Below, in pieces: positions 1-10,090 of a stretch of 64,000 nt of DNA. The stretch is from Candidatus Borrarchaeum weybense. Its GTDB lineage: Archaea > Asgardarchaeota > Sifarchaeia > Borrarchaeales > Borrarchaeaceae. The DNA lies in the NCBI GenBank assembly GCA_019057385.1, contig JAHQJS010000008.1, positions 140,286 to 204,285 of the forward strand. Reading direction: 5' to 3'. The position numbers were made by a program, and so were the translations under genes. Position 1 is the first letter of the stretch; every line of letters begins with the position of its first letter. Under the pieces are notes generated by a model. That model had not been told where the DNA came from. It did not search any database and was given only the letters and a program-made list of their open reading frames with translations.

Positions 1-2
1 GG

Positions 3-317
3 CGTAGTATCGCCCTCCAAGAAATGATAGGATTGGATCCTGTCACAAGGGAACTTTTAACGAACAGGGCATTTGTTTGGAATGCACAGGACGATTCTCA
101 CCAATACCTTGGCCGAAGCGTTATCCTTGAAAAAATTATGGATGCTATAGGTGTGTCCGAAAGAGATATATGGGACGAAATCGAGAGACGCAAGATAGTA
201 CTCCGATGGATGGTAAAAAATCGAATTAGATATTATGAAGACGTTGCAAACGTAATTCGTGAATATGTGGCCGCTCCTGAAGAAACCTATGAAAAAGCCA
301 GGAGAGGTCTAACGTAG
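3..317 (+). CDS. Type IV pilus/T2SS assembly ATPase (PilB/ArlI/VirB11-like), C-terminal fragment cut by the window edge
   Basis: C-terminal pattern EMIGLDP..LLTNRAFVWN...EIERRKIVLRWM typical of archaeal secretion ATPases; directly upstream of two TadC-like genes. Confidence 0.8.
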   Translation, partial: RSIALQEMIGLDPVTRELLTNRAFVWNAQDDSHQYLGRSVILEKIMDAIGVSERDIWDEIERRKIVLRWMVKNRIRYYEDVANVIREYVAAPEETYEKARRGLT

Positions 318-329
318 GAGTCGTTAAAT

Positions 330-1232
330 ATGAGTAAACAATTAAAGAAAATCGCCTACCTACAATTTGGTAAATTAGTAGAACCATATCTTAACAGATT
401 TCAAAACCTTGGTGCAGCTTTAAAAAGAGCAAGTATTGAAATTAGCCTTCGAACTTACCTTAGTATGGCTCTTTTTTCATCATTAATTGCACTTATTGTA
501 GGATTTATTGTACCGTTTGTAGTTTTATGGGCTTTTTTGGGTCTATTTACAGTCTTATGGTTAACATTTTGGCAGTCTTACATTGTCCCAATTATACTTG
601 CGATAGCCTCTGCGATTATCACTTTTCTAGGCTTTTACGCTTACCCATTTCTCATGGCTTCTGGCCGTAAGAAAACACTTGATTCAATTCTACCTGCTGC
701 TGCCAGTTATATGGCGGCCATGGCAAGTGCAGGTGTTCCCCCGGATAAAATATTCATCTCTCTCTCATCAAGTGATGTAGAAATGGCTCTATCTGAAGAA
801 GCAAGAACAATCTCGCGAGATCTAGAGATCTTTGGATACGATATTCTTAAAACGCTACAAGAAGCTTCTAAACGTTCACCTTCCCGAAAATTTGCGACGT
901 TTTTGGAAGGCATGATCGCCACGATTACATCAGGAGGCGACCTGACTAGATATCTTGCAACTGAAACAAAGACTTTAATGCGTGATAAAGAAGTTGAAAC
1001 AAGAGAGTATATTGAGTCATTGGGAATCTTCGCAGAACTGTATCTGACTGCAGCGGTCGTGGGTCCCTTGTTCTTTGTGATCATGTTCTCTATATTAGGG
1101 GCACTAGGTGGAGGCGCAGTAGGATTTGGACTTCCACCAACTGTATTGTTGTCTTTACTGGTGTATGTATTAATCCCCGTCTTTGAAGCTTTCTTTATTA
1201 TTTTAATAGACTCTACACAACCAGCTGAATGA
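330..1232 (+). CDS. Type IV pilus platform membrane protein (T2SSF/TadC/PilC-like)
   Basis: Several TM segments; motif MAAMASAG..P, G.DIL..L..AS.RSPS..F..FL.G....I.SGGDL..YL. Confidence 0.85.
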   Translation: MSKQLKKIAYLQFGKLVEPYLNRFQNLGAALKRASIEISLRTYLSMALFSSLIALIVGFIVPFVVLWAFLGLFTVLWLTFWQSYIVPIILAIASAIITFLGFYAYPFLMASGRKKTLDSILPAAASYMAAMASAGVPPDKIFISLSSSDVEMALSEEARTISRDLEIFGYDILKTLQEASKRSPSRKFATFLEGMIATITSGGDLTRYLATETKTLMRDKEVETREYIESLGIFAELYLTAAVVGPLFFVIMFSILGALGGGAVGFGLPPTVLLSLLVYVLIPVFEAFFIILIDSTQPAE

Positions 1233-1250
1233 AATAGGAGTGAGTTAATA

Positions 1251-2129
1251 ATGCCAAAAGTTTCACAAGAACGAATAAAGTACTTATGGACAATTTCGTC
1301 CATTATAGGAATCCTAATAATTGCTGTAGGAATCATTTTGCCGCTATTAGGTCTTTATATTCGGTTAATACTATTGTTTACTGCTATAATGACCCCAACA
1401 GACTTCTTCATCTTGGGTTTGCTAGTTATTATCACTCCACCAGCATCAGCATATTTCGTAGATCAAAGATGGAGGAATGGAATCGATAATAACCTTCCAC
1501 AATTGCTAAGAGATATTTCAGATGCTCAAAGAACTGGATTATCTTTGCCCAGAGCTATCTTAGAGTCTTCTAAAAGAGAATATGGTCCCTTGACTACTGA
1601 ATTAAAAAAGATGGCCGCGAAGATTTCGTGGGGAGTTTCCTTTAGAGAAGCGATGCAAGCTTTATCTGAGACCGCGGACACACCCCTGGTTCGAAGGGCA
1701 TCTGTTCTAATTCTAGAAGCGGAGCGATTTGGAGGCGCTGCTGAGGATGTATTCGAATCAGCACACACCCATGTCGTTGAGTTATTAACGATTCGTAAGG
1801 AACGCGCAGGGCAGATCAGACCTTACATCTTCATCATATACGCTGCTTTCTTAGTTTTCTTGTTCGTTTGTATCGTTTTAATTACTACCTTTTTCGGTCC
1901 GATGGCTACTCAAGCAGGTGCAGGTCTATTTGCTCTAGCCATTGACATAGACTACATGAATACTCTTTTCTTACATATGTTAGTTGTAGAAGGATTTTTC
2001 GGTGGTCTTGTGGCTGGAAAAATGGGTGAAGCAGAATTACGCGCTGGATTAAAGCATAGCGTATTGTTGGTTGCTTTAGGGTGGATAATCTTCCGCGCGG
2101 TAATAATACTGGGCATTAGCCTCGTTTAA
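1251..2129 (+). CDS. Second type IV pilus platform membrane protein (T2SSF/TadC-like)
   Basis: LPQLLRDISD..RTGLSL..AI...YGPL...WG..F; C-terminal GLVAGKMGE..L..GLKH. Confidence 0.85.
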   Translation: MPKVSQERIKYLWTISSIIGILIIAVGIILPLLGLYIRLILLFTAIMTPTDFFILGLLVIITPPASAYFVDQRWRNGIDNNLPQLLRDISDAQRTGLSLPRAILESSKREYGPLTTELKKMAAKISWGVSFREAMQALSETADTPLVRRASVLILEAERFGGAAEDVFESAHTHVVELLTIRKERAGQIRPYIFIIYAAFLVFLFVCIVLITTFFGPMATQAGAGLFALAIDIDYMNTLFLHMLVVEGFFGGLVAGKMGEAELRAGLKHSVLLVALGWIIFRAVIILGISLV

Positions 2130-2156
2130 ACATTCTTACTTGGAGGCAACATTTGA

Positions 2157-2771
2157 ATGACTAAAATCGGCGAAGAGTTGCAAAGCCTTAACGAAAAGAT
2201 TGAAGAAATAAGTCAGAAAATGCAGAAAATTGGGTTCCTCATTGTTCAGTTAATTAACCGTCTTCCAGAAGAAGAAGAAAAAGTTACAAATAGTACAGAA
2301 GCAACAGATATTACTTCGCTCGAATCATTAGTTGCTCAAACTTTGACAAAAGCACTTGAAGGACAACTTCCAAGAATAATAAAAAACGAATTACGTTCTC
2401 AAATTGAAGGTAATGAAAAAATTAATGCAATTTATGATGAAATCAAGAGATCTCCTCGAATGGATTCATCAATTATTAATGAACTTAAAGAGAAAGTCTT
2501 TCCCCTCTTGACAGAAATGAAAACTGGTGATAGTGAAAATATCCAAAAAATAGAACAATACATGCTTAGCATCCGAAATGAACTCGAAAAACTAACTAGC
2601 GGGAAAATTAAAGAAGCTGAAGAAGTTATGAATCGATCTACAGCTTTGTTGGAAAAAGGATTGGCTCTCGTAGAGCTTGAATCTTTACTTAGAGAAATCA
2701 AGAGTTATCTTGAGGAACTTGTAATGGGTAACAAAGTGATCAAAGATTTAGATATCAATTCAAAGTTATAA
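2157..2771 (+). CDS. Soluble coiled-coil hypothetical protein in the pilus operon
   Basis: E/K/L-rich helical ORF, GGAGG RBS, operonic position. Confidence 0.6.
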   Translation: MTKIGEELQSLNEKIEEISQKMQKIGFLIVQLINRLPEEEEKVTNSTEATDITSLESLVAQTLTKALEGQLPRIIKNELRSQIEGNEKINAIYDEIKRSPRMDSSIINELKEKVFPLLTEMKTGDSENIQKIEQYMLSIRNELEKLTSGKIKEAEEVMNRSTALLEKGLALVELESLLREIKSYLEELVMGNKVIKDLDINSKL

Positions 2772-2783
2772 TTCGGAGGAACG

Positions 2784-4064
2784 GTGTTATTGAGTTTAAG
2801 TCGATTTAAATCTATCATATGGAGATTTTTCAAAGATAAAGTAGGACAGATGCAAGCAGTTGATTTTGCTATCGCTCTATCAATTTTTCTTATTGCTTTT
2901 TCTCAGGTATTGGGAATGGCAATAAATTCTACAACTGCTATCACTGAACAAACAACTCAAGACCATGTTTATATCGCAGGCAGCACTCTCTCAAATTATA
3001 TATTAACCAATGATGGTGGATTCGATTGGGATGATACAAGTAGTAGTAATTTAGAGCATGCAAATGGATATGCATTAGGCTTAGCGAATGAAACAGATTC
3101 TCCAGCCTATACCCTTCACCCTAATGCTTTAGCACGACTAGATCCAGAATCCAAGTATTATCTTCCAATTATCGATGAAACGCAATATGGAATACAAGAT
3201 CCTTATTATGACTCAGCATATCATGAGTACATTCACCCTACTGATGACTTTAACGCTCATAGCGCTTTAAATATTCCCTATGGAGAACGATTTTACTTTG
3301 GCCTTCACTCTCTCATAAGACTCAATCTAAATTATACGTTGGATCCCCTCACAGACCAATTAACTTTAACTACATGGGTTACTGATAATGGACAAAATCT
3401 GACTAATTCGAAGGTTAGCAACATCAGACACTATCTCATAGATTCACAAGGGAGTGTTAGAATAAGTAGAAGTTCTTCGGATGCTGTGATAACAGATACC
3501 ATTGATCTTACTGGACGACCTTATGGTTATTATGCTTATGTGGGACGAGTAGAAACAACAGGTGGTAATTTTGACTTTCGTTACACCATTATTGATTTTA
3601 ATGCCGACACTATCGATTATAGCACCCTTAAAGTTAATACTACATTACTTGAAAGGAGTTCACGTGACGGAGAACTCCATTTATGGTGGGATGGCGAATC
3701 TGGCGATATTCATGCGAACTATACAGTGATTCGTCCAGATGGTAGCACTGCAGAGTCTAGTCTCCATGTTAACAACCATTCGATGTACGAGGATTTGGAT
3801 TCCTTAGGTGCGAATAATCCTGTTATGGTAGTTGTCCGAGCCTACGATGACAATCAAAATCATGCAGTGACATTTACAGCTCTCCCATTACTATTTGATA
3901 GTGATGTACGTCCTACACATCAATCGGACCTTACCCATGAATATATCCGTTCAATTTACGGCATTTCTCCTACAGAAGGCGCAGTTTATACTGAGTATAT
4001 CCATAAATATGTTTCTGTCAGAGGAATGGTTTTTGAAGCTACTGTATGCTATTGGAGACGTTAA
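2784..4064 (+). CDS. Large pilin-like/adhesin protein with class III signal peptide
   Basis: KDKVG|QMQAVDFAIAL then hydrophobic helix and a beta-rich, acidic body with many N-x-S/T sequons. Confidence 0.7.
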   Translation: MLLSLSRFKSIIWRFFKDKVGQMQAVDFAIALSIFLIAFSQVLGMAINSTTAITEQTTQDHVYIAGSTLSNYILTNDGGFDWDDTSSSNLEHANGYALGLANETDSPAYTLHPNALARLDPESKYYLPIIDETQYGIQDPYYDSAYHEYIHPTDDFNAHSALNIPYGERFYFGLHSLIRLNLNYTLDPLTDQLTLTTWVTDNGQNLTNSKVSNIRHYLIDSQGSVRISRSSSDAVITDTIDLTGRPYGYYAYVGRVETTGGNFDFRYTIIDFNADTIDYSTLKVNTTLLERSSRDGELHLWWDGESGDIHANYTVIRPDGSTAESSLHVNNHSMYEDLDSLGANNPVMVVVRAYDDNQNHAVTFTALPLLFDSDVRPTHQSDLTHEYIRSIYGISPTEGAVYTEYIHKYVSVRGMVFEATVCYWRR

Positions 4065-4078
4065 TGAGAGGGTAAAGA

Positions 4079-4543
4079 ATGAGAATGAAATTTCTAATTC
4101 GCGGAAAGAAGGGTCAGATTCATACTCTTGAGGCAATAGTAGCTGTTGTAATTATGATCATTTTTGCGTTCTCAGTATTTCAGTTCTATTCTGTTCAAGC
4201 CTATGAGTCACAATCAGTAGAGGATCTCAAGGAGCGAGGAAGAAGCGCTTTAACCGCTTTGGATGCTTCAGGAAAGTTAAAGGATTGGGTTGCCTTTGAC
4301 GATGGAGATGATGATGACAATCTTAAAGCAGCATTACAAGAGATGCTACCCTCTGACACAGGATTTAACCTAGCTGTGTTTAGAGATAGTTTGGATGGCA
4401 CACTTGTAGATTCTGTAAACTATGGAGAATCACCGCCTCCAGATAAACCGATTGCCACTGTAAATTATGTGGTATGTATAGGTTACACAGGTGATATTGA
4501 TGATGATGTACGATACATAAAATTTCAGCTTTGGTATATTTGA
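4079..4543 (+). CDS. Minor pilin-like protein (class III signal peptide)
   Basis: RGKKG|QIHTLEAIVAVVIMII. Confidence 0.8.
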   Translation: MRMKFLIRGKKGQIHTLEAIVAVVIMIIFAFSVFQFYSVQAYESQSVEDLKERGRSALTALDASGKLKDWVAFDDGDDDDNLKAALQEMLPSDTGFNLAVFRDSLDGTLVDSVNYGESPPPDKPIATVNYVVCIGYTGDIDDDVRYIKFQLWYI

Positions 4544-4549
4544 GGAATA

Positions 4550-4951
4550 ATGATGAGAAGGTTTCGCCGATCTTCAAAAGGACAAATCCTATTATTGTCT
4601 GCTATCATAGTTTGCATTCTTCTGTTCGCAGTTGGAGGCTTTCTTGCAGACGCTTCCACGAAGAGACCTCCAAGGGAAACAGAGGATATATACTTTGTAT
4701 TTGCAAACATAAAAGCAGAAACCGAACAAGCTGGAGAACGTGCTTTACGTGATGATTCTGAATCTTATTTGAGCGATTGGACCGAGAGAGTAAATGCTTA
4801 TATCGAAGAATTAGGCTACAGTGGATTTTTAAGTTATGAAGATTGGACAAGAACCGCGGAAGAATGGTCCGTAGATTTTGTCTTTATTATGCAGTCTACA
4901 GATACGATCTTACAAGATAGATTCACTGCCAGTGTTCCCCCTGGCGGTTAA
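4550..4951 (+). CDS. Minor pilin-like protein (class III signal peptide)
   Basis: RRSSKG|QILLLSAIIVCILL. Confidence 0.75.
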   Translation: MMRRFRRSSKGQILLLSAIIVCILLFAVGGFLADASTKRPPRETEDIYFVFANIKAETEQAGERALRDDSESYLSDWTERVNAYIEELGYSGFLSYEDWTRTAEEWSVDFVFIMQSTDTILQDRFTASVPPGG

Positions 4952-5035
4952 ATACACATAATTAAAACATGCTTTATCCAAATGATACAAATACAATTGA
5001 ATGCATCGAAGAAATGATTCCACGAGAGGATATCA

Positions 5036-5947
5036 ATGAAAAAATTCCTGAAAAGTAAAAAAGGAGTAAGTCCCGTCATTTCGACGATATTAATCTTCAG
5101 TATATTAATGACAGGAGTCATTCTCACCTATAGTTGGGGGCTTCCTCTTGTTCTTGTCTTTCAGGATAAATCAGAAGTAAATGATGTAGAAAATCAGTTT
5201 TATGAACTTGATCGAAATATCAAAATCGTGACACATGAAGGCGATGGTGCTACAAGATCTACTCAATTTGAATTCAAAAAAGGTTTACTGAACTACACGA
5301 GTAGTAGTAATTTCAGTCTTATCGTGGTATCTGGTGATTCTCCCGATTTTGCAGATCCAGATGCTATAATCAGAGGTCTTGATGATTCTGGTATACCTGA
5401 TCTTGGAAGAATGTCTTATGTTGTGCAGAGTTCAATGGACGATCTTGCGATAAATTCTAGCACTGCTTTGACTGGAGCGGTAGATGCGTATCCAATTTTA
5501 AATGTGACGGAAGGAGCACGCGATGCTGGGCTTTATCCGGCGTTTGAAGAAGCAGATCAAAATCAGGATATTAGCAGGATTGTATATACGCGACCAGAAT
5601 CATCATTCTATTCTCTTTACCTGGAATACCGACCAATACTCGTAATTACTGCCCAAAAATCAGACGGGAGAATCGATTGGCTTGATGTGGAGCTACATTT
5701 AATTGAATTAGACAATGTTGGTTCTTTTCCTGAAGTTGGATCAACAAAAATAATCGTGAAACGTATAGATATCATACGCGATTCATGGTCAAGTGTTTCG
5801 ACCAATATTCAAGATCAAGATCAGGTTTATCTATATGCACTTGTTGATGGAGTATACCAGCAACTCACACTCGATTTTGAAGTTACTGGAGACTTTGAAT
5901 TTCGCCAACGTAGTGTAATCACACAAATACAAATTTATGATGCTTAA
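5036..5947 (+). CDS. Type IV pilin-like protein
   Basis: KSKKG|VSPVISTILIFSIL archaeal pilin N-terminus. Confidence 0.8.
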   Translation: MKKFLKSKKGVSPVISTILIFSILMTGVILTYSWGLPLVLVFQDKSEVNDVENQFYELDRNIKIVTHEGDGATRSTQFEFKKGLLNYTSSSNFSLIVVSGDSPDFADPDAIIRGLDDSGIPDLGRMSYVVQSSMDDLAINSSTALTGAVDAYPILNVTEGARDAGLYPAFEEADQNQDISRIVYTRPESSFYSLYLEYRPILVITAQKSDGRIDWLDVELHLIELDNVGSFPEVGSTKIIVKRIDIIRDSWSSVSTNIQDQDQVYLYALVDGVYQQLTLDFEVTGDFEFRQRSVITQIQIYDA

Positions 5948-6731
5948 AAGGAGTGACGTGACAAAATTGAGACTAACTAAACGCAAAGATGCGGTTAGCC
6001 CTGTTGTAGCAACAATACTACTCACGGCAATTATGATCGGAGGTATTACAGTAGCATACTCTGTAGGCGCTCCTCTCGTCACAGATTTTCAAGATAGGTC
6101 AACCGTTAACAATGTAGTTAATGATCTTTATGTAGCCGATAGTAATATCAGAGCCACTATACACGATGGTGTAAGTGGACAAAGAGTCACACAGTTCTCA
6201 CTTGATCGTGGTTCACTTCATTTTGACGAAGGCACGAATGCATCTCTAGAGATAAGAGGCGGCCCAAGTCCTGAGTATTTAACGATTGGAACAGTAGGTA
6301 GTCTAAGATATAGACTAAGGAGTTCAATGACCGAATTACCTATACAAGGAAGCCGTTCTTTTACTGGTGCTATCAGCCAGTTTGTATATACTAATGATAC
6401 AGCTACGAATAGCGAAATTGCCGTAATTAATTATACAAGACCTTCATTTGGTATATACCAAATCTCTTTGGAATATAGACCAAGACTCTACATAGACGAT
6501 AATACTCAGACGCTCTACATCTATACTATTCGACTAATTGATGAAGATAATAGCTTTCCCCGTGTTGGATCACCAAGAATTACTTCTACATTTGTAAATC
6601 TGACAATTGTAGAATCAAATTACAACGTAGGCGCTAACTGGGCTGTCTACGAAGGTGAAACGCAAATTACTGCTCAAAGAGCTTATAATAGTATAACCGT
6701 AAAAGTATTGTATTATTATGTTGAAATCTGA
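5937..6731 (+). CDS. Type IV pilin-like protein, paralog of the preceding gene
   Basis: KRKDA|VSPVVATILL; shares FQD(K/R)S.VN, YTRP, LEYRP and SFP.VGS motifs with 5036..5947. Confidence 0.8.
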   Translation: MMLKRSDVTKLRLTKRKDAVSPVVATILLTAIMIGGITVAYSVGAPLVTDFQDRSTVNNVVNDLYVADSNIRATIHDGVSGQRVTQFSLDRGSLHFDEGTNASLEIRGGPSPEYLTIGTVGSLRYRLRSSMTELPIQGSRSFTGAISQFVYTNDTATNSEIAVINYTRPSFGIYQISLEYRPRLYIDDNTQTLYIYTIRLIDEDNSFPRVGSPRITSTFVNLTIVESNYNVGANWAVYEGETQITAQRAYNSITVKVLYYYVEI

Positions 6732-6748
6732 TATGAGGATAGATTGAA

Positions 6749-7657
6749 ATGCCACACGAATGGGTATCCACTCTTACCGTAATGGCACTTAGTGTACTTG
6801 TTCTTTCATCGGTTACATTAACTACACAACAGTACGTATTCAATTTAGAGGATGCATTAGCAGAGGATAAATTACAAGACCTTACAGATGAGATTGCAAC
6901 AAAAGTTATTTCACTCTATAACATTGGACATAAAAGTGACGCTGACCCTTCGGATTCAGATCCTATTATTGATATTGCAAATACTAGATTAACATTATTA
7001 GAGCGAACAATAGGCAATTCTTTTTACCGTGTAGTATTAAATAATTCTACTGGTACTATTGAAGCCTATTTATCAAATGATCCAAGTGTTAGGGCCAGTA
7101 CATCCCTTCAAGGAATCAATCATCAAGTAGATCTGAGTGGGGATGCATGGAGTGGCAATAATACCTTTATTTGGTATCAAAAAAGGCTTAATCAAAAGGA
7201 TTTGATTTCAATAAATAATGGAGTGTTCGAATTTTTCCAGTTATCATTAGATACTTTGCCAGAAGATATGTTTGCCTTTTGGATAGAGCCTCCAAGTTTT
7301 AGAACCACAGGAATAGTAATGAATATTACGAATATTGGCACCAATGATGTTGATGTTTATTGGGTTGAACTTAGGGCTGAAGGAGGAAATGCTTATTTTA
7401 GTATAAATTCAGACGATCCTCCATCAGGAGCGTGGGCAATTGAAGCAGGAACTCAAGAAGAGTTTAGTTTATATTTTGGTCCTCCAGGCCAAGCACCCCC
7501 GACCTATCTTGAACCATACGACAGAGCAGCGTTTCCAAACTTCTTAGACGAAGGTGACGAGTTAACAATTATCTTTTATTTTGATCAAGTCACATTAGCC
7601 AATCTCGCATCTTCAGATAGCCAAGAGTTTACAGTAACCGTTCCTGCTCCTCCTTAG
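6749..7657 (+). CDS. Membrane-anchored pilin-associated protein, last gene of the pilus operon
   Basis: N-terminal hydrophobic helix without a charged leader; C-terminal pilin-like beta domain (NITNIGTNDVDV). Confidence 0.6.
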   Translation: MPHEWVSTLTVMALSVLVLSSVTLTTQQYVFNLEDALAEDKLQDLTDEIATKVISLYNIGHKSDADPSDSDPIIDIANTRLTLLERTIGNSFYRVVLNNSTGTIEAYLSNDPSVRASTSLQGINHQVDLSGDAWSGNNTFIWYQKRLNQKDLISINNGVFEFFQLSLDTLPEDMFAFWIEPPSFRTTGIVMNITNIGTNDVDVYWVELRAEGGNAYFSINSDDPPSGAWAIEAGTQEEFSLYFGPPGQAPPTYLEPYDRAAFPNFLDEGDELTIIFYFDQVTLANLASSDSQEFTVTVPAPP

Positions 7658-7716
7658 TAGCGGTTCTCTAGGCTATTTTTCTTTTTAAAATAACAAATAA
7701 TTCCAGTTCTTCTACA

Positions 7717-8937
7717 TCATCTTTTATTGTAGAGCATGAAAATATGTTCAACCATCGTTTTTACAGCATTGAATTTTAGTGCTTGTTTTCTAATCGCCTT
7801 TGCCATGTTCCCAAAAGAGGGCGTGGTTAAAATAGTGTTTATTGCCTTTAAAAGTGATTTTTTGGATACATGTGACTGAGAAATGACTAAACTAAGACCA
7901 AGTCTTCTAACAGAGTTTGCGTTATCTATTTTTTCAGGATGAGATGGTGTGGGAATGATTATCATTGGTTTTCCAAAGTATAGACATTCTGAAGTTGTAT
8001 TATGACCACCTCTATGAATAACTATATCGCAGATTCTGTAGATAGGAGTTCTTGTTTCAATCCAGCCATAAATCTTCACATTTTCTCGAATAATTGGCTT
8101 GAAATTTCTACGTCCAATTGTCACGAAAAACTGGAATGTTTTTGGAAATGATTGAAAAATCTCTCTAAATTTTTCAGTAATTGCCTTTTTTTCTTTGGGT
8201 GTCCCACTTAAGCCTAAAAATATAAGTGGTAGTTCATTTAGATCAAAAGAACGCCTAAAAGCGACATCCTCTCGTTTATTGCTTAGAGCATTTAGGTTTA
8301 TATCGATTATAGGGCCAATGAATTCGGCGCGTTTGTAAAATGAAGAATATACATTCACCTGTGATTTAGCAATTGTAAATGGATAGGGAAAATCAGGAAC
8401 ATATATTTTCTTACTTATCCGCCATACTACGCTTAGACACGCAACGAGGCTATATTCCAGCAATTTCTTTAAAATTCTTCGGATTTTTGAAAGTTCTTTT
8501 ACATGAGGTAGAATGACTTTCATTTGCTGTAAAATAAGAAGACAGGGTCGACCAAGAAGCCACGATGCAATTACTGTAGATATACGAGAATCTGTAATAA
8601 TGGTGTCTGGATTGATGCGTTTAATTAATCTTATTTCTTTACAGATTTGTCTTAACAATGCTGAGATATGTATTATTGGTCGTGTTGTGGTTTTTACAAA
8701 ATCAGGAGACCCGTCTGGTAACTCAAAATATTTTATTGCAGGTCCTCTTTCAACAGGAAAATTATGGGACTTAACAAAATTTACTGCTTCTCCATTAGTA
8801 GAAAAGAAACAAAATGCGCCAAGGTCACGTAGTTTTTTAGCTATAGTAATTAAGCGACCTGCATGACCTAATCCAATGCCGCATGGTGCAAGATAGATTT
8901 TTGGTCTCATATTTGGTTTAATGCTGGGTGTTTTCAT
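7717..8937 (-). CDS. GT-B glycosyltransferase (GT28/MurG-like)
   Basis: GIGLGHAGR and IHRGGHNTTSE...P....HPE motifs. Confidence 0.85.
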   Translation of the reverse strand: MKTPSIKPNMRPKIYLAPCGIGLGHAGRLITIAKKLRDLGAFCFFSTNGEAVNFVKSHNFPVERGPAIKYFELPDGSPDFVKTTTRPIIHISALLRQICKEIRLIKRINPDTIITDSRISTVIASWLLGRPCLLILQQMKVILPHVKELSKIRRILKKLLEYSLVACLSVVWRISKKIYVPDFPYPFTIAKSQVNVYSSFYKRAEFIGPIIDINLNALSNKREDVAFRRSFDLNELPLIFLGLSGTPKEKKAITEKFREIFQSFPKTFQFFVTIGRRNFKPIIRENVKIYGWIETRTPIYRICDIVIHRGGHNTTSECLYFGKPMIIIPTPSHPEKIDNANSVRRLGLSLVISQSHVSKKSLLKAINTILTTPSFGNMAKAIRKQALKFNAVKTMVEHIFMLYNKR

Positions 8938-8945
8938 GATTATCT

Positions 8946-9551
8946 CTATTTTAAAGTTCTCTTAACAACTTGACCTTTCGGCTTGGTTTCTTCAAAAACC
9001 TCTGCCTGAAATCTAGAAATCTCCACTTTTTCATCACAGATCCATTCATCTGGAGTTAATCCTGCCTTCACACAACATTGCGACAAAAATTGTTCCTCAT
9101 TCCATTCCCAGTCTACCGCAACTTGTGGTAGCAAAAGTCCTGAGAAAAAATCTTTTCTGACTATTAATCCATCTTTGCCGACTTCAATTTCGTTTGGATA
9201 GTCTTTTGGATCTTTTACTTCGATTTTTTCTGGAGGAGTTAGAACTGTGATTTCAATTAGAAGGTGATTCAGTTCTTTACGAGTTACTGGGGGAAATCGG
9301 GGGTCTCTAGTAGCAGCATTTATCGCTGAGCCTATTGTAGCCTTTATCAATGGAAAAACTGGCTCTGGATATCCTATACATCCCCTAAGATTGCCTTCTA
9401 AAGTATGAAGTGATGTAAAAACACCACATTTCCGGGTTAACTTCTCAGGTGCATCTATAGGAGGCTTAATTTCTTTACCAGTTTCAAGATATGATTCCAT
9501 AGATTTCCTAGCCAATTTTATGAGATATTCTCCATCTTGGAGCTCAAACAT
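8946..9551 (-). CDS. AMMECR1-domain protein
   Basis: GVFTSL..LRGCIG, AATRDPRF, GLLLPQV, C.KAGL. Confidence 0.92.
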   Translation of the reverse strand: MFELQDGEYLIKLARKSMESYLETGKEIKPPIDAPEKLTRKCGVFTSLHTLEGNLRGCIGYPEPVFPLIKATIGSAINAATRDPRFPPVTRKELNHLLIEITVLTPPEKIEVKDPKDYPNEIEVGKDGLIVRKDFFSGLLLPQVAVDWEWNEEQFLSQCCVKAGLTPDEWICDEKVEISRFQAEVFEETKPKGQVVKRTLK

Positions 9552-9598
9552 TTCTAACTCACCTTCACCTTGCCTACATCTTTATGAAACCTTTTAGT

Positions 9599-10090
9599 TT
9601 AAATAGATGAGCCGATCTCTTCAATTATCTTCCTCATCGATTCGTAATGCTTTCCAATCCAATAAATCTTCCTGCACTGAATACATTGCCAAAATTGATC
9701 ATATCTTGTGAACGTTGAAGACGGGATTTTTGATCGAATACTTTCTTTTTCAACGGAGGTTATTTTACCATTACAGAGTGGACATCGTGAACTGGATGGA
9801 TCTATATCAAATTGTATATTAAAAGTCTTTGAAAGGAATGCTAATACTTCACTATTCGAACTTGCAGGAATCAATACCGAGTTTAATTCTTCTCTTATTG
9901 CCTGCTGATGTAATTTCTTATCTCTTGTAAGTAAGAATCTGTTTTCGCTGCGAGTTCTCTCTAGCAATTCTTCGTCAGACACAATTTTAAAATAGAGTGT
10001 ATCGAGTCCAACAAGTCTTAACCACCGTGCTAAACGTCCGAGCATTGAATCTACAACGAATTTAGGGGACGATTTTTCCAACTTTTGCAC
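9599..10090 (-). CDS. Mut7-C RNase domain protein (PIN-like with Zn ribbon)
   Basis: FVVDSMLGRLARWLR..G.D, LLTRD, RCPLCN, C..CRKIYW.G.HY. Confidence 0.9.
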   Translation of the reverse strand: MQKLEKSSPKFVVDSMLGRLARWLRLVGLDTLYFKIVSDEELLERTRSENRFLLTRDKKLHQQAIREELNSVLIPASSNSEVLAFLSKTFNIQFDIDPSSSRCPLCNGKITSVEKESIRSKIPSSTFTRYDQFWQCIQCRKIYWIGKHYESMRKIIEEIGSSI

